NCBI GenBank assembly: GCA_958295775.1
Contig: CATQHC010000003.1
Span: 91,419 to 155,418, forward strand
Source of the DNA: Chloroflexota bacterium
Lineage (GTDB): Bacteria > Chloroflexota > UBA11872 > VXOZ01
Direction of reading: 5' to 3'
Length of the DNA: 64,000 nt
Below the pieces are notes generated by a model that was not told where the DNA came from, ran no database searches, and saw only the letters and a program-made list of their open reading frames with translations. Below, piece by piece: positions 48,987 through 57,514 of this stretch; position 1 is the first letter of the stretch, and each line of letters starts with the position of its first letter. The position numbers were made by a program, and so were the translations under genes.

Positions 48987-49619
48987 GTGAAGACCAACGT
49001 CTATGTTGACGGTTTCAATCTCTACTACCGCGCGTTACGGGACACGCCATTCCGATGGCTCGACCTCCGTAAACTGGCGCAGACGCTTTTTCCGCAAGAC
49101 ACGATCAATCAAGTCTGTTACTTTACCGCATTGCTTGATGCGCGTCCGAATGACCCTGGTCAACCTCGGCGGCAGTTGGTGTACTTGAGAGCGCTAGCAA
49201 CCCTGCCGAACCTTGAGGTCTACTACGGTACCTTTCGTTCGCGAACCAAGCACCGCCCGCTGGTCAACCCAATAGCGGGTATGCCGGGTGTGGTTAGAGT
49301 AAGAGATTCGGAGGAGAAGGGGTCTGACGTGAATCTCGTAACCAGGCTATTGGTTGACGGGTTTAGAGGCCGGTATGAACAAGCTGTTGTAATATCCAAC
49401 GATTCAGACTTTGCAAGTGCCTTACATTACGTGCGAGATAGCTTGCACCTGCGCGTAACGGTTGTGAATCCCGATCGCAAGATTAGAACGCACAAGGACC
49501 TAAAGGCCGCGGCAACGTACATCAAAAGGCTCTGGAAGAGTCATTTGCGGCAAAGTCAGTTTCCTCTTACGCTGACCGACGCGCACGGCACCATCAGAAA
49601 ACCGCCTAGCTGGGCATAG
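48987..49619 (+). CDS. NYN (PIN-fold, LabA/DUF88-like) ribonuclease
   Basis: VYVDGFNLYY, EEKGSDVNL and VISNDSDF with acidic catalytic residues intact; GGAG RBS before GTG 48987. Confidence 0.9.
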   Translation: MKTNVYVDGFNLYYRALRDTPFRWLDLRKLAQTLFPQDTINQVCYFTALLDARPNDPGQPRRQLVYLRALATLPNLEVYYGTFRSRTKHRPLVNPIAGMPGVVRVRDSEEKGSDVNLVTRLLVDGFRGRYEQAVVISNDSDFASALHYVRDSLHLRVTVVNPDRKIRTHKDLKAAATYIKRLWKSHLRQSQFPLTLTDAHGTIRKPPSWA

Positions 49620-49844
49620 GTGCAACTTAGGACATACCCCCGCAGTACGAAGTCGCCACTGAACTGACGTCCGCCAACAGCCCGCAATATTTTCCCCTTA
49701 AGGCCGGTGTGACGCCCTGAATGTCGTCCATTACTATGGTGGTAGGTAGGGCAAGATTGTCGAAGACTTTCGTAGGCCAAGCTATGCGTGAGTCCGAGTT
49801 CACGTAGTTCGTGCCGTTTCAAGCAACGAAATGATGTAAGAAGT

Positions 49845-50618
49845 ATGCTCACCACACGTATCATTCCCTGTCTCGACGTCCATCGCGGCCGCGTGGTGCG
49901 GGGACAGCAGTTTTCCGCCGATAAGGACGCCGGTGACCCCATCGAGTTGGCTGTGCGCTACAACGAACAGAGCGCCGACGAGTTGGTTTACTACGACATC
50001 ACCGCCTCGGCGGAGGAGCGCGGCATCTTTCAAGATCTCGTGGAGCGCACCGCCGACCAGCTCTTTATACCCCTCACCGTCGGCGGCGGCATTCGCACGC
50101 CGCAGGACATGCGCCGCATGCTGCAAGCCGGCGCGGACAAGGTCTCAATAAATACGGCGGCGGTGGACAACCCCAACCTCATCAACGCCGGCGCTGAGGG
50201 CTTCGGCAGCCAATGCACCGTGCTCTCCATGGACGTGAAGCGCGTGCCTCAAGCCGACGGTACGATCAAGTGGCATGTCTTCACTCACGGCGGCCGCCGC
50301 CAAACCGACGGTGAAGCGGTTCCCTGGGCTGTCGAGGGCGTGGCGCGCGGCGCGGGCGAAATCGTGGTCAACAGCATCGACGCCGACGGCACCCTGGCCG
50401 GGTACGACCTGGAACTCCTGGCCGCCGTGTGCGCCGCCGTGGACGTGCCCGTGGTCGCCAGCGGCGGCGGCGGTACCCTGGATCACCTCTTCGACGCGCT
50501 CGACAAGGGGCACGCCCATGCCGTGCTTGCCGCTTCGATTTTCCACTACGAACACTTCACCGTGCGCGACGTGAAGGAGTACCTGGCGGCCAAGGGGATC
50601 CCCATGCGCCTATCCTAG
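49845..50618 (+). CDS. hisF: Imidazole glycerol phosphate synthase cyclase subunit
   Basis: RIIPCLDV, PLTVGGGIR, GADKVSIN and SIDADGT motifs. Confidence 0.96.
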   Translation: MLTTRIIPCLDVHRGRVVRGQQFSADKDAGDPIELAVRYNEQSADELVYYDITASAEERGIFQDLVERTADQLFIPLTVGGGIRTPQDMRRMLQAGADKVSINTAAVDNPNLINAGAEGFGSQCTVLSMDVKRVPQADGTIKWHVFTHGGRRQTDGEAVPWAVEGVARGAGEIVVNSIDADGTLAGYDLELLAAVCAAVDVPVVASGGGGTLDHLFDALDKGHAHAVLAASIFHYEHFTVRDVKEYLAAKGIPMRLS

Positions 50619-50680
50619 AGTGTCGTAATTCACGTGAGTGAGAGCGTTTGCTCTCGCAACTCAATTCTGTGGAGAAGAGC

Positions 50681-51658
50681 ATGTCAGTCAAGGTGCAGAT
50701 TCGACCGTACAACCCCAATCTCGACACGGCGGCCCTGCTGCCCCTCTGGCAGGCGGCGCTCGGTGACGCGTGGCCCATGCGCGCTGACCTCTTGCGGCGG
50801 CAATTGACCGAGCATCGCTTCTATCGCGGGGACGACCATCTTGTGGCGGTTGCGGACGGGCGGATTGTGGGTTTCGTGGGCACGCAGGTGGACCGCTGGG
50901 AAGGCCTCCCCGACCAAAAGCGCGGCGGCGGCATTTCGGTCGTGGTCGTGCACCCGGACTGGCAACGGCGGGGAATCGGCACACGGCTGCACGAGGCGGC
51001 GCTGGCGCAATTGCGCTGTGAAGGCGTGCAGGAATTGAGGCTCGGCGGCGGCGGCGCGTACCGCTTCTGGCCGGGCATTCCCACGGACATTCCCGAGGCA
51101 TATGAGTTTTTTGCCGCCTGCGGCTGGCCGTTAGACCCGGAACAGCGGTCATGCGACCTGGTGCGCGACCTTGCGGACTACCACACACCGTCTGCCATGC
51201 ACGCGCGCTTGGCGCAGGAAAACGTGAGCGTACGTCCCGCCCGGCAGGACGAGGTCGACGACGTCCTTGCCTTTGAATTTGAGCACTTTCCCGGTTGGGC
51301 CGCCGGTTTCGTCTACATGGCCGAACTCGGTGACTTCCAGAATATGCTCGTCGCTCTTGACGCAGAAAAGGGCATCGTCGGCACGCTCATGCTGCACACG
51401 CCCTCGTCACGCTGGCTCACGGCAAACATCACGTGGAAGACGCTGCTGGACAATGCGCTGGGCGGCATCAGCGCCGTGGGCGTGGCCGCCCGTGAACGCG
51501 GGCGCGGCATCGGCATGGTAGCGGTTGGCTCGGAGGTCCTGCGCGAGCGCGGCGTCGGCAACTGCCACATCGACTGGACGCGCATCGTCGACTTCTACGG
51601 CAAGCTGGGCTACACGGTTTGGCGTGAGTACTGGATGAGCACGCGCACGCTCGCCTGA
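50681..51658 (+). CDS. Tandem GNAT acetyltransferase
   Basis: VHPDWQRRGIGT and RERGRGIG...FYGKLGY motifs. Confidence 0.88.
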   Translation: MSVKVQIRPYNPNLDTAALLPLWQAALGDAWPMRADLLRRQLTEHRFYRGDDHLVAVADGRIVGFVGTQVDRWEGLPDQKRGGGISVVVVHPDWQRRGIGTRLHEAALAQLRCEGVQELRLGGGGAYRFWPGIPTDIPEAYEFFAACGWPLDPEQRSCDLVRDLADYHTPSAMHARLAQENVSVRPARQDEVDDVLAFEFEHFPGWAAGFVYMAELGDFQNMLVALDAEKGIVGTLMLHTPSSRWLTANITWKTLLDNALGGISAVGVAARERGRGIGMVAVGSEVLRERGVGNCHIDWTRIVDFYGKLGYTVWREYWMSTRTLA

Positions 51659-52103
51659 CAAGCATGGGCGCAACCACGGCTGGCAGCGTCCGGCGCCAGC
51701 TCATGTGGTCGGTGGTGGGCAGTGCGCCGGAAGTCTCGTGCTGAGCGGCTGACAAGACCTTGCCATGGGTTGCGGACTCCTTAGAGTGGTTTGTGCGGAT
51801 ACGCGCAATGCACGCCGGTTGCGGTCTCGCTCCCCGCGCTGCCGCTGAACGAACTGCCGGTTAGGGCTGCGCAAAGCCTACGGCGTCCCGTAGTTGCGCC
51901 CATTCATCCGCGTGTCCGCATGCTCTTCCCTGGGTCTCCCACTTCTCTGCCTCACTCTCAGGCAGGAGCGTGATCGCCGCGCATCATGCCGTGCGCCGCC
52001 AGCAGGGGGCGCCATCTATGTGTGGCAGCCATGCTTGAGGTGACCGCTCACTTGGGTTGCTGACAACCTTTCTCAAAAAACCTTAAAAACTGCCCTAAGG
52101 GGC

Positions 52104-52167
52104 TTGCAATCGCCCAATACCGCGTATATAATATCCCCACACGGTATTGCTAATCATTTGCATTAGC
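52104..52167 (+). promoter_or_regulatory. cbiMNQO promoter with overlapping inverted-repeat operator
   Basis: TTGCAA-17-TATAAT (52104-52132); CAATACCG (52115)/CGGTATTG (52142) IR; second IR GCTAAT/ATTAGC. Confidence 0.6.
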
Positions 52168-52204
52168 TAAAAGGATACGGAAGTTTTTGGAGAAAGGGGC
52201 GCAC

Positions 52205-53005
52205 ATGATCGCTTCAATCGCGCACTCCATGCCGAAGCAGCGCGTGGCTATGATTGTCATAGCCGGACTGTTGCTGGCCTTCGGCACCGTGCGATCGGCA
52301 CACGCCATGCACATCTCAGAGGGGTTCTTGCCTCCCACGTGGGCGGTGCTCTGGTTCATTGCGGTAATTCCGTTCTTTCTTTGGGGCTTGCGCGCAATTG
52401 CCAAGCAGGTCAATCGCTCTCCGCAGAGCAAGATCACGCTCGGCATGTCGGGAGCTTATTCATTTGTTCTCTCGGGTCTAAAGCTGCCCTCGGTTACCGG
52501 TAGCTGCTCGCATCCGACCGGCATTGCCCTGGGCGCCATCCTGTTCGGCCCCACCACCATGGTGGTGCTCGGCACCATTGTGCTTTTGTTCCAGGCCATT
52601 GTCCTGGCGCACGGCGGCCTGACAACTCTCGGCGCGAATGTTTTCTCCATGGCAGTGATCGGCCCGTTCGTCGCGTATGGCGTCTTCAAGGCCTGTCGCG
52701 GCTTTGGTCTGGCGTGGGCCGTATTCTTGGCCGCCGCTCTTGCGGACTGGGCCACCTATATCGTCACGGCCGGGCAGTTAGCCTTGGCGTGGCCGGCCGC
52801 TACCGGCGGCATCTTGGAGTCATTCATCAAATTCCTCGGCATTTTCTCCATTACGCAGATCCCACTGGCCGTTGCCGAGGGCATCCTTACAGTAATCGTC
52901 TTCAACCTGCTCTTGCAGCACAGCCGCGAGGTGCTCGTGGAACAAGGCATTATCTCAGACGAATCGCCTGAGCCCGCGACCGGCCCTACCGCCGCCACGA
53001 GCTGA
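52205..53005 (+). CDS. cbiM: ECF cobalt transporter S component
   Basis: Signal peptide then AMHISEGFLP, KLPSVTGSCSHPTG and AHGGLTTLGAN motifs. Confidence 0.95.
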   Translation: MIASIAHSMPKQRVAMIVIAGLLLAFGTVRSAHAMHISEGFLPPTWAVLWFIAVIPFFLWGLRAIAKQVNRSPQSKITLGMSGAYSFVLSGLKLPSVTGSCSHPTGIALGAILFGPTTMVVLGTIVLLFQAIVLAHGGLTTLGANVFSMAVIGPFVAYGVFKACRGFGLAWAVFLAAALADWATYIVTAGQLALAWPAATGGILESFIKFLGIFSITQIPLAVAEGILTVIVFNLLLQHSREVLVEQGIISDESPEPATGPTAATS

Positions 53006-53059
53006 GGGACCGGTTCCTGGCGCTAGCGCACCTAAAGGGAATGTGAAGGAGAGTTAGCA

Positions 53060-53560
53060 ATGTCGCCGGCGAGACGCAATTGGCTATTAGCAGCAATCGT
53101 GATTCTCTTGGTTGTCGTGCCCTTGGTCTACCGGGGTTGGATTGCGGAAGGCACGGAGTGGGGCGGGGCCGACATGCAGGGCGTTGCGGCCGTGGAAGAA
53201 TTGGCCGGTGAAGACTTCGTGCCCTGGTTTAATCCCATCTATTCTCCTGAAGACCTGGAGCGCTACTATTTCGGCTTGCAGGCGTTGCTCGGCACGCTGC
53301 TTGTGGCCGGCATCGTTGGCTGGATTCTCGGCCGTTCTCGTGCCCGGCATGGCATGGCAGGCGCCGCCGACCTGGCAGTCGCCGGTGTGCTGTGCGCAGT
53401 GGGCGTGGTACTGGCTATCGGGCTCCTCTTTGTGGAGACGGAATTTGGCGAGTTGCAGGCGACAATCTCCGCCTCGCAGGGCATTGGTTTAGGGCTGTTG
53501 GCGTTCTTCATCGGGTATCCGTTGGGTAGGCGCGCCGGAGCAGCGGTAAACGCTTCGTAG
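53060..53560 (+). CDS. cbiN: Cobalt transport protein CbiN, extended
   Basis: WGGADMQG...VPWFNPIY...LERYYFGLQA; position between cbiM and cbiQ. Confidence 0.85.
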   Translation: MSPARRNWLLAAIVILLVVVPLVYRGWIAEGTEWGGADMQGVAAVEELAGEDFVPWFNPIYSPEDLERYYFGLQALLGTLLVAGIVGWILGRSRARHGMAGAADLAVAGVLCAVGVVLAIGLLFVETEFGELQATISASQGIGLGLLAFFIGYPLGRRAGAAVNAS

Positions 53561-53626
53561 CCGGCAACCGTATTGCCGCTTACGTGCGGATGCACTGTGG
53601 CGGCGTCAGCGCTGAGTAAAGAAGCG

Positions 53627-54406
53627 ATGCATCCTTTTCCCATCGATATGTACGCGTATCAGAATCGGCTGCGGGACGCACACCCGGCCGAGAAGATGCT
53701 CTTTGCCGGTCTGACCATCCTCATCTGCTTGATCGCCAGTTCGCCGCTAGTGGCGCTCTTGGCGATCGGTATTGTCACGGTTGCCGTTGTCCGTGTCGCG
53801 GGTATTCCCTTGCGGGCGTTCTGGTATTTTGTGCGCCTGCCTGCCGGCTTTATCCTCATAGGCGTGCTCACCCTGGCCATTACGTCGGTAGATCCCGCAA
53901 ACCCCGCGACGTTGCTGGCGCTGCCTATCGGCCCGTGGCACGTCGGCGTGATGGAGAGCAGCCTGGCGCGCGCGGTGCAAGTTGCGTCCGTATCGTTTTC
54001 GTGTGTGGCAAGCATGCTGGCGTTGGCGCTAACGACGCCGATGGTAGACATCACGGACCAATTGCGAAAGTGGCGGGTGCCCCAGTTGTTCATCGAGTTG
54101 ATGGTGTTGATGTATCGCTTCATTTTTGTATTCATCGAGACCGCGCAGGCGATGTATATCGCGCAGAACGCCCGCCTGGGCTATAGCAATTGGCGGCGCT
54201 CTCTGCAATCGGTGGGAATGCTCGCCGCAAACCTCTACCTGCGTTCACAGACGCGAGCCTCAGCGCTATTCACCGCACTCACCGCCCGGGGCTATAGCGG
54301 CGAATTGCGCGTGCTCACGGCGCAGCCCACCTGGTCCCGCCGCAACCTCGTTCTTATTGCCGGCGTTGAGAGCGTGCTGCTCCTCGCTGCAATTGCAACT
54401 TGGTAG
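53627..54406 (+). CDS. cbiQ: ECF T component
   Basis: HPAEK, ALTTPM, MYRFIF, ARLGY and ARGY motifs. Confidence 0.93.
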   Translation: MHPFPIDMYAYQNRLRDAHPAEKMLFAGLTILICLIASSPLVALLAIGIVTVAVVRVAGIPLRAFWYFVRLPAGFILIGVLTLAITSVDPANPATLLALPIGPWHVGVMESSLARAVQVASVSFSCVASMLALALTTPMVDITDQLRKWRVPQLFIELMVLMYRFIFVFIETAQAMYIAQNARLGYSNWRRSLQSVGMLAANLYLRSQTRASALFTALTARGYSGELRVLTAQPTWSRRNLVLIAGVESVLLLAAIATW

Positions 54407-54417
54407 GGGAGAAGAGT

Positions 54418-55431
54418 ATGAGTTCAATTGACCCCACCCATACCCATGCCCCCGGCATCGCGCCTTCTCCAGGCTTGCAGGACCCCGAGGAATTTGTCGC
54501 GGCGCGGAGCAACGGCGATCAGCTCGCGGCGCGAGAGCCGGTGGACTCCAAGACGGATGGGTCCCCTGGCGTGCTGGCGGCTGAGAGCGTCACGTTTGCC
54601 TATCCCGACGGTACCGTGGCGCTGCACGATCTCTCCTTAACGCTGCCGCAAGGCCGCAGGGTTGCCATTTTGGGCGCCAACGGCTGTGGCAAGACGACAT
54701 TGTTCCTGAATTTCAACGGCATCTTGCGGCCCTCCGCCGGCACAATCGTGCACAATGGCGAACCGATTCAGTACGACCGGGAAGCGCTGCGCGATTTGCG
54801 CCGCCGCGTGGGTCTGGTGTTTCAGGACCCGGATTCGCAACTCTTTGCCGCCAGTGTCCGACAGGACATTTCTTTTGGGCCGCTGAACTTAGGCTGGTCG
54901 GAAGAGCATGCGCGCGCCAGAGTTGAACAAATCATCGTAGACACCAATCTGACAGAACTTGCGGAACGCCCCACGCACATGCTGAGCTACGGTCAGAAGA
55001 AGCGGGTTGCCATCGCCGGCGTGCTGGTGATGGAGCCTGAAGTCATCATCGCAGACGAACCTACCGCCGGCCTTGATCCGGAAACAACCGGTCGGGTCCT
55101 CAACTTGCTCGATTCTCTGCACCATGCCGGCCGCAGCATTGTCATCTCCACGCATGACGTTGAGTTGGCGCTGGCTTGGGCGGACCACGTAATCGTGATG
55201 CACAGAGGCCATCTCCTGGCGGAAGGTCCGCCTGACGTTGTCCTCGCGGACGACCCGTTGCTGCGCGAGGCCGGGCTGCTGCAGCCAATCGTGGTTGACG
55301 CTTACCGGCAGTTTTGTGCCGCGGGACTGCTGCCGTCGTCAGAGGCTGTGCCCCGCACGGTGAGCGACTTGACCGCCCTGCTCGTGCGCCACGCCGCGCC
55401 GCGCACGCCTCCAAACAGCCCGCCCGACTGA
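54418..55431 (+). CDS. cbiO: ECF ATPase
   Basis: GANGCGKTT, FQDPDSQLF, LSYGQKKR and DEPTAGLDP motifs. Confidence 0.93.
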   Translation: MSSIDPTHTHAPGIAPSPGLQDPEEFVAARSNGDQLAAREPVDSKTDGSPGVLAAESVTFAYPDGTVALHDLSLTLPQGRRVAILGANGCGKTTLFLNFNGILRPSAGTIVHNGEPIQYDREALRDLRRRVGLVFQDPDSQLFAASVRQDISFGPLNLGWSEEHARARVEQIIVDTNLTELAERPTHMLSYGQKKRVAIAGVLVMEPEVIIADEPTAGLDPETTGRVLNLLDSLHHAGRSIVISTHDVELALAWADHVIVMHRGHLLAEGPPDVVLADDPLLREAGLLQPIVVDAYRQFCAAGLLPSSEAVPRTVSDLTALLVRHAAPRTPPNSPPD

Positions 55432-55559
55432 ACCACGTTTTGGCACTCTCGACGGTGGACGCGGCACGGGAAGCGGGCGCTGCTACTCCTTCACCTTGGG
55501 CCTCTGCGCTGCGACAGGCTCAGCGCGAACGGTTAGAGGGGGACTGCTGCACGAGCCTC

Positions 55560-56564
55560 CTACGCCATCCGATCGTACGTATCCAACGTGATCGGATAGC
55601 GCAGCGGTTCATCGTTGAGGAAGTGTTCCAGTTCGTCTACCATCGCCGCGCCCTGGCGCATTCTCGTATCATCGCTATGGCCTGCCATGTGCGGGGTCAA
55701 GAAGACGTTTTCCATCCCGCGCAGCGGACTATCCTGGGCTAGCGGTTCCGGGTTGAAGACGTCGAGGACGGCGCGGATGCGGCCGGTGGCCAGTTCGACG
55801 ACCATATCATCCTGGTTTACGGCGCGCGCCCGTGCGTTATTGATAAACACGCCGCCATCTTGAAGCAGCTTGAAATGCGTCGCTGTCACCATGCCGTCCG
55901 TCTCCGGGGTTGTGGGTGCATGATTTGCGATGACGCGGCACGTGCTGAAGAGTTCTTCCAGGGATACCCGCGTGACGTTGAGCGCGGCGGCGCGTTCGTC
56001 CGGCAGATAGGGGTCGTAAACCGCAATCGGCATACCGAAGCCCTGCAATTTCTGGATGACCCGTTGCGCGACGTAGCCGCAGCCGATCAGGCCCACTCGC
56101 TGCGCTTCCAGCAGGTTGCCGTCGGTGGCACGGCATTCCGACCAGGGTTTGCCCGCATGCATCCAGGCATTCTGCCGGTGCGGCCAGCGCAAGCCCAGCA
56201 GCATGCCGAGCACCGTAAATTCCGCCACCGCCTCGGCAATCATGGGAGCGGCGTGGGTGACGGCGATGCCTTGTACCAACGCGGCTTTTGGGATAAGTCT
56301 TCTAATACTTCCCGCGCTGTGGGCGATGATGCGCAATTCAGTAGCGGCAGCCAAGACCTCCGGTGTGATCTCCGGCGTTCCCCAGCCGGTAATCAGCGCC
56401 GTGCAGCCGCCAATACGCTCCGCGAGATCAGCGCTCGCTAGCTTGTCGTCGTGGTCGCCGCCGTGCACGGTGAATTGAGTGGCGAGGCGCTCTTCGCTTT
56501 CCGCTGAAAAGAGACTCGACCGCAGCGTCTTGGTAATGGCGATGAATACTTCTGGTTTGGGCAC
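55560..56564 (-). CDS. D-isomer-specific 2-hydroxyacid dehydrogenase
   Basis: ITGWG, HSAGSIR, GLIGCGYVA, FINNAR and LTPHMAG motifs; AGGGAG RBS before GTG 56564. Confidence 0.9.
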   Translation of the reverse strand: MPKPEVFIAITKTLRSSLFSAESEERLATQFTVHGGDHDDKLASADLAERIGGCTALITGWGTPEITPEVLAAATELRIIAHSAGSIRRLIPKAALVQGIAVTHAAPMIAEAVAEFTVLGMLLGLRWPHRQNAWMHAGKPWSECRATDGNLLEAQRVGLIGCGYVAQRVIQKLQGFGMPIAVYDPYLPDERAAALNVTRVSLEELFSTCRVIANHAPTTPETDGMVTATHFKLLQDGGVFINNARARAVNQDDMVVELATGRIRAVLDVFNPEPLAQDSPLRGMENVFLTPHMAGHSDDTRMRQGAAMVDELEHFLNDEPLRYPITLDTYDRMA

Positions 56565-56865
56565 TGGTAAAACTCCCTGTAATGCAGCAAGGTTAGGATT
56601 TCGACAGTTCTCCCGTATGCTACCAGAATGACACACGACGACATCGGCTATTTGACAACACCAATTGAATCCGAATTCTTGATGCGAAAACTGCATCGTG
56701 TTTTAGTGAGGGGGGTCAAGTATTATCTCCATTCTGAGGCAGTACATAGTTGTTGTCTTGGGCTGTGGAGCGAACATAGAATGTAATATGCCCTTTGAAG
56801 CCATCTGAATGGTCTGCTAGCTGCAAGAGGGTGAGAGTATTACAGAGAAATCGAGGAGGGAAACT

Positions 56866-57279
56866 GTGCCTGAAAGGGAGTCTCAATTGAGTGAGAGTGA
56901 GTTGCTCAATAGACGTAGAGCACTGGAGCTAATAGTAGAGATCAATGATATCGCGGCAGGATTGGGAGGATTCGTTGAAGAGATTGGGACAAAATCTATG
57001 GAACGGAAAGTTGTGGAAAACGTCATTTTTGCGATTTGCGACACTCTACCTTCTAAATGTTACCAGCTACTCAAGGTGGCTGAACGAGACCGCTACAAGG
57101 AATGGCGGTCGTACGTTCTTGCTTATGCTTCATTTGGAATATCGGGCGCCTGCGTTATCAATGGCGCGGAGTGGCCTCATTTAGAGAGGGACTTTTATAG
57201 TTCCTGTCTGTCTCACATGGCCAGACTACATTTACGATTATTGGAAATGAATAAACTTCATACTGGGGAATTACCATGA
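56866..57279 (+). CDS. Hypothetical protein, AT-rich insert
   Basis: 137-aa ORF with GAGGAGG RBS in a visibly lower-GC segment; no recognisable motif. Confidence 0.65.
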   Translation: MPERESQLSESELLNRRRALELIVEINDIAAGLGGFVEEIGTKSMERKVVENVIFAICDTLPSKCYQLLKVAERDRYKEWRSYVLAYASFGISGACVINGAEWPHLERDFYSSCLSHMARLHLRLLEMNKLHTGELP

Positions 57280-57290
57280 AGTAGGGTTTC

Positions 57291-57386
57291 GGTAATGGCG
57301 ATGAATACTTCTGGTTTAGGCACTGGTAGAACTCCCTTTGCGCTGGCTGGGCAAGATAGCCGTCAACTCTTTCGTATGCTACCAGA
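57291..57386 (-). pseudogene. Displaced duplicate of the dehydrogenase 5' end (promoter, RBS, first ~11 codons)
   Basis: 57291-57337 matches 56532-56578 at 45/47; CGTATGCTACCAGA is repeated in the same register (56614 and 57373). Confidence 0.85.
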
Positions 57387-57514
57387 CCCATAGGCAAGAC
57401 GTGGTTGGTCGTGCGTTTGACTTCCGCATGGATTCCGAGAATCTTGACGATTTGGCATTCCCTTTATATGCTACTGCTAAATGGCACGCATTCCAGAAGC
57501 AGGGAGGAAGGGCT

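Noticed and set aside
48861-49699. TATTT(T)CCCCTT on both sides of the NYN unit as a target-site duplication
   Set aside because: Short, imperfect and low-complexity; chance cannot be excluded without an empty-site genome.
51700-51785. Minus-strand AAGGAG plus ATG mini-ORF (MARSCQPLSTRLPAHCPPPTT)
   Set aside because: Only 21 codons, with no motif or other support.
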